Assembly: GCA_002104905.1 (NCBI GenBank)
Contig: MCFE01000190.1
Span: 1 to 64,000 of the forward strand
Direction of reading: 5' to 3'
From: Basidiobolus meristosporus CBS 931.73
Lineage: Eukaryota; Fungi; Basidiobolomycota
DNA: 64,000 nt
Below are positions 1 to 11,835 of the stretch, piece by piece (positions within the stretch are counted from its first letter, which is position 1; each line of letters opens with the position of its first letter). A model generated the notes under the pieces. The model searched no databases. It was not told the origin of the DNA and saw only the letters and a list, made by a program, of their open reading frames with translations. Both the position numbers and the translations under genes were made by a program.

Positions 1-995
1 TTTCCTAATATGGAAATTCTGAACTCCCCTTTAACCTAAAGGGGTGTGTTGTAGAAGTCTCTAAAGGGGTCTTTAGACCTAAAGGGGTGTCTAAAGGGGT
101 GTCTTTAGAGTAAAGGGGCTTCTTGTAGTGGACTCTAAAGTGGACTTTACACTAAAGGGGTGCCTGAAGGGGCTTCTTTAGAGTAAAGGGGTTTCTTAAA
201 GGGGTCTCTAAAGGGGTCTTTAGAGTAAAGGGGCTTCTTGTAGTGGACTCTAAAGTGGACTTTACACTAAAGGGGTGTCTAAAGGGGTGTCTTTAGAGTA
301 AAGGGGCTTCTTAGAAGGGACTTTTCCGACAGAAAAGTGGTAGTTTCTTGTAGAACTTAGATTGGATTCTTGTGGGCTTTGCAGTCTCTTTACTGATTTA
401 GTACCAATCAAAGTCAGAATACCCAACAGTGCAAGTGATGCAGGGGAAGTCTTATAACCTTTAAACTTGTAATTGTAGTGTGGAGATTCTGGAAAGAGAG
501 GCTCTCCTTTATTTTTCAGCTGGGGAAGTCATATATATGAAAATCTTGAAGGATCAAAGTTTTTGGGCGATTGAGTAAGCAATACACGTGATACAAAGCT
601 AAAATTTTGCAATGACGCAGATCGGACATAGGCGCAGCACCTGTGAAATTTCACGTGATTTGATTGGCTGGTTCAAAAGTTACACGCAATCAAAGTCACC
701 ATAGTAATCCTAGCAATAAGGCATAGTATATATAGTAGTTGGACTCTTTTGGTCATAACTCCTTAAGTACTGCTTCAAATGAGCTGTAATTTGAAACATG
801 TGTTGGCTACTACGTGTTCTGTATGACATAATATTCTTGGGTGGACTGCTTGTCAGGGTCTGGAGAATTTGTTCATCAAAGTTGGAAATTCTTGATCTTT
901 CACTTGTGTGTTACAATAGCAAAAAGCAAAATAAAGAAATGAGTGCAATATTGGTTTAGCAATATTGTAGTAATGGAATACTTTCCATTACCACA
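1..995 (+). mobile_element. LTR-like element family L1, copy 1 (5' part outside window), inserted in the PHIS accessory ORF
   Basis: Near-identical to ~5090-6042. Similarity stops exactly at ...TTACCACA (995), after which PHIS-family sequence begins. Confidence 0.8.
26..320 (+). repeat. Array of CTAAAG-GGGT(GT)-CTTTAG mini-hairpins with ~14 GGGG tracts (inside L1)
   Basis: Read directly: repeated (C/G)TAAAGGGG units. CTAAAG and CTTTAG are reverse complements. Confidence 0.9.
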
Positions 996-2209
996 GTGCA
1001 CTTTGCACCCCTAAATTACTCCCTTGTTGACTATCATCTTGGCTACTTGTGTACCTGCAGTCAGTATTTTGCCTCCTGGTTGATGAGTGCAATGCTGCAG
1101 CTTGGCTGTGCTTAATTGCTCCAGATGATGCTACTGAACCAGCCTGCAGTGCTGTGCGCTGACACATTCTTTTACTTGCCAAAGGCTCTGGTGGTGGCAG
1201 CACTTCATGTGGGTCATCATCAGTCAGTTCACCAGAAGTAACTTGCTGATGGTCAGGTGTAATGGCACATGCAGGCAAAACTTGATGTGCTGTCATGACC
1301 CTTGGCTGAGTTTGATGTGATGCCACATGTTGATACAACTTGGCCCGCTCCAATGGACTTGTGTCTAAATGAGCAGTTTGGCAAGTTCTGGTGGTTTTGC
1401 TCTGAAGCACATGCATTGACTCAATTTGGGGTGCTCTTGTGAAGAGTGTTGGTGTAGCTTGGACTGACATGCACCAGCACACTGAAGTTGCAAGGGATGG
1501 TAAGGAATCCAGCAAGGTATTCTGGCACAATCAGGACACTGTTGCTTGCAGTCTGTGTTCTTCCTCTTGAAGCTCACCTTCTGATCCCTCAAGGTATCTA
1601 CTTACCCTCTGTCTAATACTCTGGAACTGTTGCCTGGATGAGTCCTGAGTATATTGCTCTTAGAAGCTGCTTAGCTCTACTAATACACTACATATTACAT
1701 TAGTCAATTGAGGCAAAAACTCAATCAAAATCTCATTATTTCCCAAAGTTGAGGCACAAATAGACACATCCAGCCCATACCAAGCAAATTGTGTGCAAAA
1801 TTCTTCCCATGTGGCTATCTCATCAAATCCTCTCACTCTCAGCTCATTCTTGATTTTGTTGTAAAAATTTGTAATTCAACCTAAATACTCACCTAACTTA
1901 GTCACTTGAATCATTACCTTCAAATCCTAGGGAATACTGACCAAACTCCTTGTTGGGATTTACTTCACATATTTTCACCAAAATACCAGGTACTCAGAAC
2001 ATGAAAATTCCCAAAGTTGTCCAAACAGCCCAAACTTTGCACATATGTTCTTGGGACCTTCCTTAACCCATTCTACGTGTTTGTTATGCCAAGACTATGT
2101 AAAAGTATAAATACTAGTTTTACATTGAATAAATCATCAAGTGAAAACCACATAATCTACTTGTTCTCCCAAATCACTTGCAATATCTCCAATACTCTTA
2201 CAAAAGGTC

Positions 2210-4580
2210 ATGAGTCCCAAGCTGTCACTCTCTGCAATGAATACTACTGCCATTACTGGAATTTTTCCCTCTGCTCCAAAGTTGGATGGATCTAATTACC
2301 AAGTGTGGAAGGTAAAGATGAAGATGCTGCTACAAGAAAGAGGCCTTTGGGATATTGTCATGGGAGAATAATGCCCTCCTAAAAGCATTGCAGAGGAAGC
2401 CTTAAAGTACCAGAAGAAAGAACTAAGTGCCTTAAACTGCATTTGCCTTAATGTTAAAGACAAACTACTAATTCAATGCTCAAGAGCAAAAACTGCACAG
2501 AATGTCTGGAAGGCATTAGAATACACCTACCAGTCATGTTCAGCTGCTAAGAAAATGTATCTGAGACAAAAATTCTTTACTACAAAGGTACAGCCAGGAG
2601 AAGAAATGAAAAATATAATTAGCAGAATTACTCTGCAGGCAGATGAAATGGAATCTCTGGGCATACCAATTACCAATGACGATGTGAGAGTTACCATCCT
2701 GAATAGCCTGACAGACATGTTATGGGGCCTTGTATCAGCCGTAGAGTCCAGAACTGAATATTTGACCTTAAATTATGTATATGGAGGGCTCCTGGATGAA
2801 GAATTAAGAAAATTGAGCACTAATAAGAAGGAAGAAGAAAATGATTCAATAAGCAATGTTAACCAACAAAGGAGATACCCAATACCCTACAAAGGCATCA
2901 GTAACTTGTTTTGCAACTACTGTCAAAGGAAAGGACACACATCAGACCAGTGTCTCAAAAAGAGAGATAATCAGCAAAAGAAGCCTGGATATGTAAATGC
3001 TGCAACAACTGTAGCTAGATTATTCATATTTGCACTAAATATGACCATAAACAAGGATTCTTGGACGTGGTATATTGACTCTGGAGCATCTCAACACTTC
3101 ACACACCAAACAGAACTTTTTACCCAATATTCAGAAATTCCAATCAAAAAGGTTTTCATGGGTGACAATAGAGCACTTGATGCAGTGGGAGAAAGTACTA
3201 TCCAAGTAAACCTTAGAAGCAGTGAAGGAAGCCATACACTGACCTTTAAGGAAGTACTGCATATACCAGAAGTAGCCAAGAACCTACTATCTGTAAGCAA
3301 GGCCACTGCAGAAGGACTCAGTTTCAGCTTTGACAATTCTGGATGCAAGATCACTGATCAAAATGGTGCCCATATTGCTTAGGGTATCAGAGATCAGAAT
3401 CTATACAAGTTGACTTATATTCCTTCATATCTGGAAGCCAATATAAGTAGCTTAAATGAAGAAACACCAATGCTTTGACACAGGACATTTGGGCACATCA
3501 ACTTTGATTATTTGCACAAAATGATCAAAGATCAGCTAATTTCTGGAGTAAAAATTGATCCCTCAGCTAATTTGAAGTACTGTCAAGCCTGCATATATGG
3601 GAAACAAGCCAGACAACCGTTCAAGAGCTCTGGGTTAACTAAAACTAAGAAAACATTAGATCCAATTCACTCAGATTTGTGTGGACCTATGCAAAACTTA
3701 TCCTTGGGCATGATGAAGTATTTAATCACTTTTATTGATGATTATACAAGATACACATGGGTCCACCTCATGGAGAGAAAGGGAGAAGCTCTGTTTAAGT
3801 TCAGGGAGCTCAAAGCCATGATGGAGAGAGAAACTGGTGAAAAAGTCAAGAAAAAACACTCTGACAATGGTGGAGAACAGCATATGCCAAGAAACTGCCC
3901 AGAAATCAGTCAAAATATGAACCAAAAAGTGTAAAATGCATATTTTTGGGCTACTGCAATGAGAGTAAAGCATACAGACTCTACAATACCAAATAAAAGA
4001 TGCTTATCAGGTCCAGGGATGTGTTGCTTCATGAAGATTCAAAAATTTCATAAAAATGACATAAAATGATGAAAAAAATGTGATATCAGGTCCACCAATT
4101 TTCAGGATTGAATCAGAGCAAAACAATGAATATTTTTTCACTCCAGAGGACTCTACAAGTGCGGTTTGGGCTGAAGCAGTGCCCAGGAATATCCTAGAGG
4201 TGATCATTCCAGTATCAAATGCCTGGAGATCCAATTGGACAAGAAATAGCCCAAATTACTATATCAATCAGGGTACAATCTTAGCGTATGTCTATTCAAT
4301 CCATAATGATGAGCCCCAGAGTGTAAAAGAGGCCCTAAATAGCTCTCAGACAAAGTTTTGGAGATCTGCAATGTCTGAGGAATATCAGGCCCTGATGGAA
4401 AATCAAACTTGGGACTAAGTCAAATTACCAACCAACCAAAAATCAATTGGATGCAAATGGGTCTTCAAGACAAAATACAAGGCTGATGGTACAGCTGAAA
4501 GATACAAAGCAAGACTTGTGGCCAAAGAATACTATTAGCTAGAGACAAGTTCAAATATCTAAGGTCAAAAGTAGGACCAG
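2210..4580 (+). pseudogene. copia A gag-pol, with stop codons and deletions of the integrase core and most of RT/RNase H
   Basis: ORFs 2555-3382, 3512-3934 and 4080-4418. Junctions near 3885 and 4533 skip sequence present in copy B or C. Confidence 0.88.
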
Positions 4581-4802
4581 TCAGTATGAACATTTAGCTG
4601 AGTGGGAGTGTTGTAAAAATTCATAGTTCCACCTAAATATTCACCCAAGTTAGTCGCTTAGATCATTACCTTCAAATCCTAGGGAATACTGACCAAATTC
4701 CTTGTTGGGAATTATCTAGAATATTATCACTGAAATACCAGGTACCCAGCACATGAAAATTCTCAAAGTTGTCCAAACAGCTTCAAACTTTGCAACATGT
4801 TC

Positions 4803-6042
4803 TGTTGTATTGTATTATGATTAGTTTGGGGCTTGTTCTACAATGTAGAGGCTAATCAACATTATACAACAACTTCCAGTATGCTAATACTGAAATAGTT
4901 TATTGGGAGTTTGATATACCAATAGAAGATATAACTTTCACTAATTTCCTCAATCTTGGCTCAAAATATACTGTAAGCAGTGTTTATCACTTCTACAGCA
5001 GTGTTCTGACCTTCTGTCAACTAATGGGCTTATTTACTTTTATAGTAACTTTTCCTTATTTGGAAGTCACTTTCCTTTCTGAGAAAATATTTCCTAATAT
5101 GGAAATTCTGAACTCCCCTTTAACCTAAAGGGGTGTGTTGTAGAAGTCTCTAAAGGGGTCTTTAGACCTAGAGGGGTGTCTAAAGGGGTGTCTTTAGAGT
5201 AAAGGGGCTTCTTGTAGTGGTCTCTAAAGTGGACTTTACACTAAAGGGGTGCCTAAAGGGGCTTCTTTAGGGTAAAGGGGTTTCTTAAAGGGGTCTCTAA
5301 AGGGGTCTTTAGACTAAAGGGGTGTCTAAAGGGGTGTCTTAAGAGTAAAGGGGTTTCTTAGAGGGGACTTTTCCAACAGAAAAGTGGTAGTCTCTTGTAG
5401 AACTTAGATTGGATTCTTGTGAGCTTTGCAGTCTCTTTACTGATGTAGTACTGATCAAAGTCAGAATACTCAACAGTGCAAGTGATGCAGGGGAAGTCTT
5501 ATAACCTTTAAACTTGTAATTGTAGTATGGAGTTTTGGAAAGAGAGGCTACCTCTTTATTTTTCAGCTGGGGAAGTTATATATATGAAAATTTTGAAGGA
5601 TCAAAGTTTTTGGGCAATTGAGTAAGCAATACACATGATACAAAGCTAAAATTTTGCAGTGGCACAGATCGGACATAGGCGCAGCACCTGTGAAATTTCA
5701 CGTGATTTGATTGGCTGGTTCAAAAGTTACACACGATCAATGTCACCATAGTAATCCTAGCAATAAGGCATAGTATATATAATAGTTGGACTCTTTTGGT
5801 CATAACTCCTTAAGTACTGCTTCAAATGAGCTGTAATTTGAAACATGTGTTGGCTACTACGTGTTCTGTATGACATAATATTCTTGGGTGGATTGCTTGT
5901 CAGGGTCTGGAGCATTTGTTCATCAAAGTTGGAAATTCTTGATCTTTCACTTGTGTGTTACAATAGCAAAAAGCAAAATAAAGAAATGAGTGCAATATTG
6001 GTTTAGAGATATTGTAGTAATGGAATACTTTCCATTACCACA
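4803..6042 (+). mobile_element. L1 complete copy (1240 bp; solo LTR-like), inserted in the 3' LTR of copia A
   Basis: Termini TGTTGTA..TACCACA. 4-bp TSD GTTC at 4799-4802 and 6043-6046. The flanks rejoin the copia LTR as seen at 2041-2060. Confidence 0.88.
5115..5370 (+). repeat. Second copy of the G-rich hairpin array (inside L1)
   Basis: Same units as 26-320. It lacks one ~45-bp unit that is duplicated in copy 1. Confidence 0.9.
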
Positions 6043-6783
6043 GTTCTTGGGACCTTCCTTAACCTATTCTACTAGTGTGCTATGCCAAGACCATGTAAAA
6101 GTATAAATACTACTTTTACATTCAATAAATTATCAAGTGAAAACCCCATGATCTACTTGTGTTCCCAAATCATTGCTAATATCTCCAAGACACTTATAAC
6201 ATATTTCAATACTTGTTTTGTTATATATCTTCTTACATACATCTGCCGGCATCTTGATGTATGACTCATGCCACATCTTTCTATTAAGGTTCTTCCATCT
6301 CTGTCAACTCTCTGAGGAATCTAGTTCTGCTAGATTAATGAGTAGTGCCTAAACATCTGTATGAAGGATCATCACAGACACTGGGACAATACTAAAATCA
6401 TTTGGCAGGAATTCAAATAGATCTGACATCCATTTCTCTGGTCTGGACTGTGCTTGTGAGCTGGGGGAGGGATTTTGTCTGGGTTGTACTAAAGATGAGT
6501 TGAGATTTGGTATAGGGATCAGAGTGATGAATTTGCATACTTTTACAGTAGTGTATTGGCATCAGCCTGTTCTTTTATGAAATATATATGAAAACTAACC
6601 TGATTGTTGAATTTTCCATATATTAGGCATGATGCATCTTGGATTGCATTGACACTGATTGGATCACATCAAATGCAGATTTCCTATTTGATTATAGACT
6701 TGTGAGTAAAGCATCAATAAAAATATCAATTCTGATCTGAATGGTCTTTTCTCATCAATCCCATCACTTCCACTGGATTTCCT

Positions 6784-7747
6784 GGTCACAAGTCTTGGTA
6801 TAAGAGTTGCAGAGGAATAGGGTGTTTAGCTAGTATTGTATTCACTAAAACCTGAACTGATTTTCATTCAGGTTCCAGTAGCTCCTTATATACATTTTGC
6901 CAGATCAATTGCTGACTAATTGTATTTCCTAATGTAGGTTGTGGCCAATGACTCATTTGATTGCATCATCATCACCCAATAATATCCTACTTAATATATC
7001 TATTTCTGTCTGATAAGGATCTGCTGATTCATTTGCTGACTAATGCTACTGATTTCATAGATAATACTGATACACGGATAACCTAAACATATACTAATTG
7101 ATTTGACTAAAAATTGATCTAACTTAAGCATTCAAGCGGCAGATCATAACATTCTCCCCTACTAAAGTTGAGAGGGTTCTCCTTAATCTCTTTTCTTGTG
7201 ATATCAATATCTTGATGGTTCAATATTATCAGCAAGTCTTGCAAGCTTGAGTCTGTCCCTATGCACTAAATCTTCCCAGATATTGCCTTGTTTGTCCACC
7301 AGTTGGTAAGTTGCAAATGGACATTCTCTGATGATCTTGAATGGTCCTGTGCATTGTGGTTCAAACTTCTTCCGAGTGTTCTTTCTTAGCAATACAAAGT
7401 TCCCAACGCTCAATGCTTCTGGTGCTATAGTCTTATCAAATCTCTGCTTCATCTTTTCTGCACTTTGAGATACTTTGGTCTGTGCCTCTTGACATCTTTG
7501 CTCCAGTTGCTGGTGTCTACTTGGCTGACTGAGTTCATCTTCTAAGGTGTCTGTAAGTTTTGGTTGTGTGAGATCTCCTGGAATCCTTGGTTCACATCCA
7601 TAAACTAAGTAAAATTGTGATTGCTGGGTGGTGTTGTGTACTCTGACTCTGCATGCAAGGAGTGCTTGGTCTATATACTCATCCCATCTACTGACAACTC
7701 CATTTGCATACTTGGTCAGCATTTTTCCAAATAATCCATGAAACCAC
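6784..7747 (-). mobile_element. Ty3/gypsy family G1 fragment a: 3' LTR (6784-7151), PPT and integrase C-terminus
   Basis: ORF 7204-7788 has SQFYLVYG and GPFKII..TYQL..VHRDRLK. The LTR matches 11467-11835 and 13506-13874. PPT AGGGGAGAA. Confidence 0.88.
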
Positions 7748-8313
7748 TGTGGTGGTGTATAGGTCCAAGGGAGAGATACGTCCAACACTTCTCAAGTGTT
7801 TTGTGTGTGGGGTGTTCACTGGGTGCAGTAACCTCTGGCAAAAGCTTGCTAGGAATACTTGGGTTCTGTTTCTAATCTAATGTGAAGGGGAATAAAGCCA
7901 CAAGCTTGTTAAGGGAAAACTATTGAGCTACAATCCCCAACTTAGTTGGCGTCTTAACAAAAGTATGTGCTGGGTTCAGTGTCCTTTGAGATGACAATGT
8001 ACTAAAGCTTCCAAAGTCAAAACAACTGTAAACTCCACCAGCAGGGACTTGATTAGAATGCAGCTGTGGTCAATAGTTACAAAGACAGAAAAGTATCTTT
8101 GCCTGTACAAGAACAAACTTGGGAAAGAATCAAATATAATAAAAGATACCTACTCTGAGTATTCCTCACAAGTAGTGCCTCCAAGGTCAGTTGGCTGTCA
8201 GCGTGGTTTCCTGGGAGTGTCCTGTGGTCTAGGGTTGGAAGTTCAGGTAGCAGCAGGTAGCAGTGATCACACTAATCAACAAGTTGGTATATTGATAAAA
8301 GGGATGATGATTT
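7748..8313 (+). mobile_element. LTR-like family L2, 5' half
   Basis: Starts TGTGGTGGTG. Reverse-complement match to ~20625-21190. Confidence 0.75.
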
Positions 8314-8682
8314 TGTTGAAATATTGGACTATTTGGTATCATTCAGCAGCTAAAAATTTACTTAACAATTCTAGGCTAGTCTTAGTCACTGTAGGACTCA
8401 TTTACTGCCATAACTTTGCCACTTTCTCCAGATATATGATCTTATGATTATTCCCCTATAGTCAGGATCAAATTAGCACTATTACCAAACATTATGTACT
8501 AACCCTGAAACTGTTACAGAATGCTCCTGAATATTGAGAAACCCTCCCTACTTAGTGTTGCAGCTGTATTACTTCTACAAAGGTATAAATACTGAGCTCC
8601 TTTATGAATAAACAACAGTTCAACTATTATCACTATTTCTTGATTAGTTCCTTATATCCAAATCACTTCTTAAATTGCAACA
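8314..8682 (+). mobile_element. Solo LTR candidate L3 (369 bp)
   Basis: TGTTG..CAACA termini, internal TATAAATA followed by AATAAA. The two flanks belong to different elements and there is no clean TSD. Confidence 0.55.
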
Positions 8683-11600
8683 AATTCCAGTATGTGTGAA
8701 ACAAGTGAACTTAGCACAACACAGTTCTATAGAGCACTAAGAAAAGGCACCCAGATGTTCCTCATGGCAGTATTACATGAGGATTACACTACTCCAGTAC
8801 CCCAAAAGGTCCAGACTCTTTTGAAGGAACACTCAGATGTATTTCCAGATGAGATTGTAAGCCTACCATCAGTCAGCAATGTGGATCATGCCATTGAAAC
8901 AGGAGATAGCTCTCCAGTGAGTAAAACACCTTAGAGAATGAGTCCATTGAAGGTAAAGAGATGAAGAGACAAATAGATCAGTTACTGTAGCAAGGATATA
9001 CCAAACCCAGCAAGTCACCATGCAGAGCACCAGTACTTATTGTGAAGAAGAAGGATGGAACACATAGGATGTGCATTAACTACAGAGCCCTCAACTCAGT
9101 TACCATGAAGAATAAGTACCCCATACCTTGGATTGATGAGCTTTTGGACCAACTCAATGGAGCCGCTATTTTCAGCAACATTGACCTCATGTTTAGATAC
9201 AACCAAATTAGGGTGAAGCCAGAAGACATCTCTAAGACAACATTTAGGACCAGATATGGAAATTATGAGCACTTAGTCATGAGTTTTGGCCTCACCAATG
9301 CCCCTGCAACATTTGTGACCCAGTTGCAGACTGTCTTCCAGGAGTACTTAGACAGGTTTGTGATAATCTACCTAGATGATATATTAATATACAGAAGAGG
9401 ATCATTTGGTGCACATTGAAAGGATCTTGAAGAAGCTAAGAGAGGACAAGCTTTATGACAAGCTACCCAAGTGTGAATTCTTCAAGGAGCACTTTGAATA
9501 TCTGGGACACATGGTGACTGGCACAAGAGTAATATTAGACCCTAAGAAGGTTGAAGTTATCAAGAATCTGAAGCAGCCCCATAGCATATCAGAGCTCAGA
9601 TCATTCCTTGGAATGGTTTCCTATTATTGGAGATTTGTCAAATCCTTTGCATGTATTGCAGCCCCTTTAACTGATATCCTCAAGAGAGACAATACCTACA
9701 AGTGGGACATAGCTTGCAAAACTGCCTTCCAGATGCTCAAGAATGAACTTGCTTAGCTGCCAGGCTTGAGAATACCTGACTTCAGAAAAGAGTTTACTCT
9801 GTGCACAGATACTTCAGATTATTCAATTGGTGGAGTGTTGAGCCAAGAACAAGAGGGAAAGGACTACTGCATTGCTTTTGAATCCAAGAAACTGAACTTA
9901 GCAGTACAAAACTATCCAGTGCAAGAAAAGGAGATGCTTGCTATAATACACTGTTTGAAGACAAGGAGATGCTATATTGAAGGAGTCAAGTGCACTGTGA
10001 AGACTGATCATGCCTCCCTCAGGTATACATTCACTCAGGAGGTACTCACTAGAAGAATGACAAGATGGAGTGAATACATTCAGCAATTTGATTTGGAGAT
10101 TGTCAACTGCCCTGGAAAAAACAACATGGTTGCTGATGCCTTATCAAGATTAGAACAAGTTGCACAACTCAACTTGGTGCATGGATCAGATTGGCCTAGC
10201 CTATTATCAAAGTACTTAGAGGACCAAGCCAATCCATAATGAGGTGGATGAAGATATTGAGAAGATAATCTGGAATGAAGCCAGCAGATTTGTAGTACAG
10301 GATGAAACACTCTGCTGAATTGTTGAAGGAAGCCCTATGGCTGAGTGCCCTTATGTTGCATGCCTGGATTTAATACATAAGCTACACAATGGATATGCAC
10401 ATCTTGGAATTGAAGGAACCTAAAGCCTTGTGAAAGGCAGAGCATGGTGGCCCAGAATGAAACATGACATTGAGAAGCTAGTGAAAACATGCCCAAATTG
10501 CCAAATCAACCAAGGCCAACCACAGAGAATTGCTGAACTTCTTCCCAGGAGCCTGTAAGACCATTCAAAAGTTGGGGAATTGACTTTTTTGGAAGACTTC
10601 TAATTACTAGGAAATGTAACTGTTAGATCCCAGTAGCAATTGACCATGCAGCTAAATGGCCAGTGGCTAAAGCTGCACCTACAGCCAGTGAACATAATTT
10701 GTAAGTTTCATCTACCATGAGATTCTAATTTAGTTTGGATGCCCTGTAAAGTTTCTATCAGGTGGAGGTGCAAACTTTATGGCAAAGACATTGGGAGCTT
10801 ACCTGGGAATGCAACTGATCAAACACATGAAAACCTTGGCATATCACCCCAGAACAAATGGAGTCACTGAACGTTTTAATGGATTATTTGGAAAAATACT
10901 GACCAAGTATGCAAATGCAGTTGTCAGTAGATGGGATGAGTATATAGATCAAGCACTTTTGGTATGCAGAGTCAGAGTACACAACACCACCCAGCAATCA
11001 CCATTTTACTTAGTGTATGGATATGTACCAAGGATTCCAGGAGATATCACACAACCAAAGCTTACAGACACCTTAGAAGATGAACTCTTTCAGCCAAGTA
11101 GACACCAGCAGCTGGAACAAAGACATCAAGAGGCACAGACCAAAGTGTCTCAAAGTGCAGAAAAGATGAAGCAGAGATTTGATAAGACTATAGCACCAGA
11201 AGCATTGACAGTTGGGAACTTTGTATTGCTAAGAAACAACACTTGGAAGAAGTTTGAGCCACAATGGACAGGACCATTCAAGATTGTCAGAGAATGTGCA
11301 TTTGCAACTTACCAACTAGTGGACAAACAAGGCAATATCCAGGAAGACTTATTGCATAGGGACAGACTCAAGCTTGCAAGACTTGCTGATAATACTGAAC
11401 CATAAAGATATTGGTCTCACAAGAAAATAAATTCACATGAACCCTTGCAACTTTAATAGGGGAGAATGTTACAATCTGCTGCTTGAATGTTTGAGTTAGA
11501 TCAGTTTTTAGTCAAATCAATTAGTTATATGCGAGGGTTATCAGTATATGAGTATCATCTATCAAATCAGTAGCATTAGTCAGCAAATGAGTCAGCAGAT

Positions 11601-11835
11601 CCTTATCATACAGAAATAGATACATTTAGCAGGATCTTATTAGGTGATGACGATGCAATTAAATGAGTTATCAGTCACTGCCTACATTAGGAAGTACAAT
11701 TAGTCAGCAATTGATCTGGCAAAATGTTTATAAGGAGCTGATGGAACCTCAATAAAGATCAGTACAAGTTTTAGTGAATACAAAACTAGCTAAACTCCCT
11801 ATTCCTCTACAACTCTTATACCAAGTCTTATAACA
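8683..11835 (+). mobile_element. Ty3/gypsy G1 fragment b: RT-RNase H-integrase, PPT and 3' LTR (11467-11835)
   Basis: RT ([29 protein letters not shown]), RNase H (FTLCTDTSDYSIGGVLSQ, VADALSR), integrase (HPRTNGVTERFN, GPF motif). Gypsy domain order, many stops and frameshifts. Confidence 0.93.

Larger units (their letters stand above)
1857..6201 (+). mobile_element. Ty1/copia LTR retrotransposon copy A (5' LTR 1857-2205; 3' LTR 4609-6201 split by L1), internally deleted
   Basis: TG..CA LTR pair, TSD GATTT/TATTT, PBS 2206-2217, PPT GAGTGGGAG 4600-4608. Gag CCHC knuckle (CNYCQRKGHTSDQC), protease (WYIDSGASQH), GAG-pre-integrase/integrase start, RT start (KARLVAK). Confidence 0.92.
996..6783 (-). 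mobile_element. PHIS-type DNA transposon copy 2 (accessory-ORF part only; pieces 996-1856 and 6207-6783), interrupted by copia A
   Basis: Reverse-complement similarity to 15106-16500 and 22500-28620. The flanks of copia A rejoin into the sequence seen intact at 15561-15610 and 23210-23260. Confidence 0.8.

Noticed and set aside
26-320. G-rich array as a telomere repeat or CRISPR array
   Set aside because: Units are irregular, are not TTAGGG/TTTAGGG, have no unique spacers, and lie inside a dispersed element with a TSD.
988-1592. ORFs 988-1530 and 1365-1592 as host genes
   Set aside because: They are decayed frames of the PHIS accessory ORF, repeated at 15840-16375 and 23604-28517.
4803-6042. 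L1 as a Helitron because of its terminal hairpin
   Set aside because: It has TG..CA ends and a 4-bp TSD. There are no 5'-TC or CTRR-3' ends and no A/T insertion site.
8049-8447. ORF shared by both L2 copies (also 20618-20890) as an LTR-encoded protein
   Set aside because: It is short, starts at TTG, has no motif, and the copies are related by descent. The 132-aa version runs across the L2/L3 junction, so it is not a natural frame.
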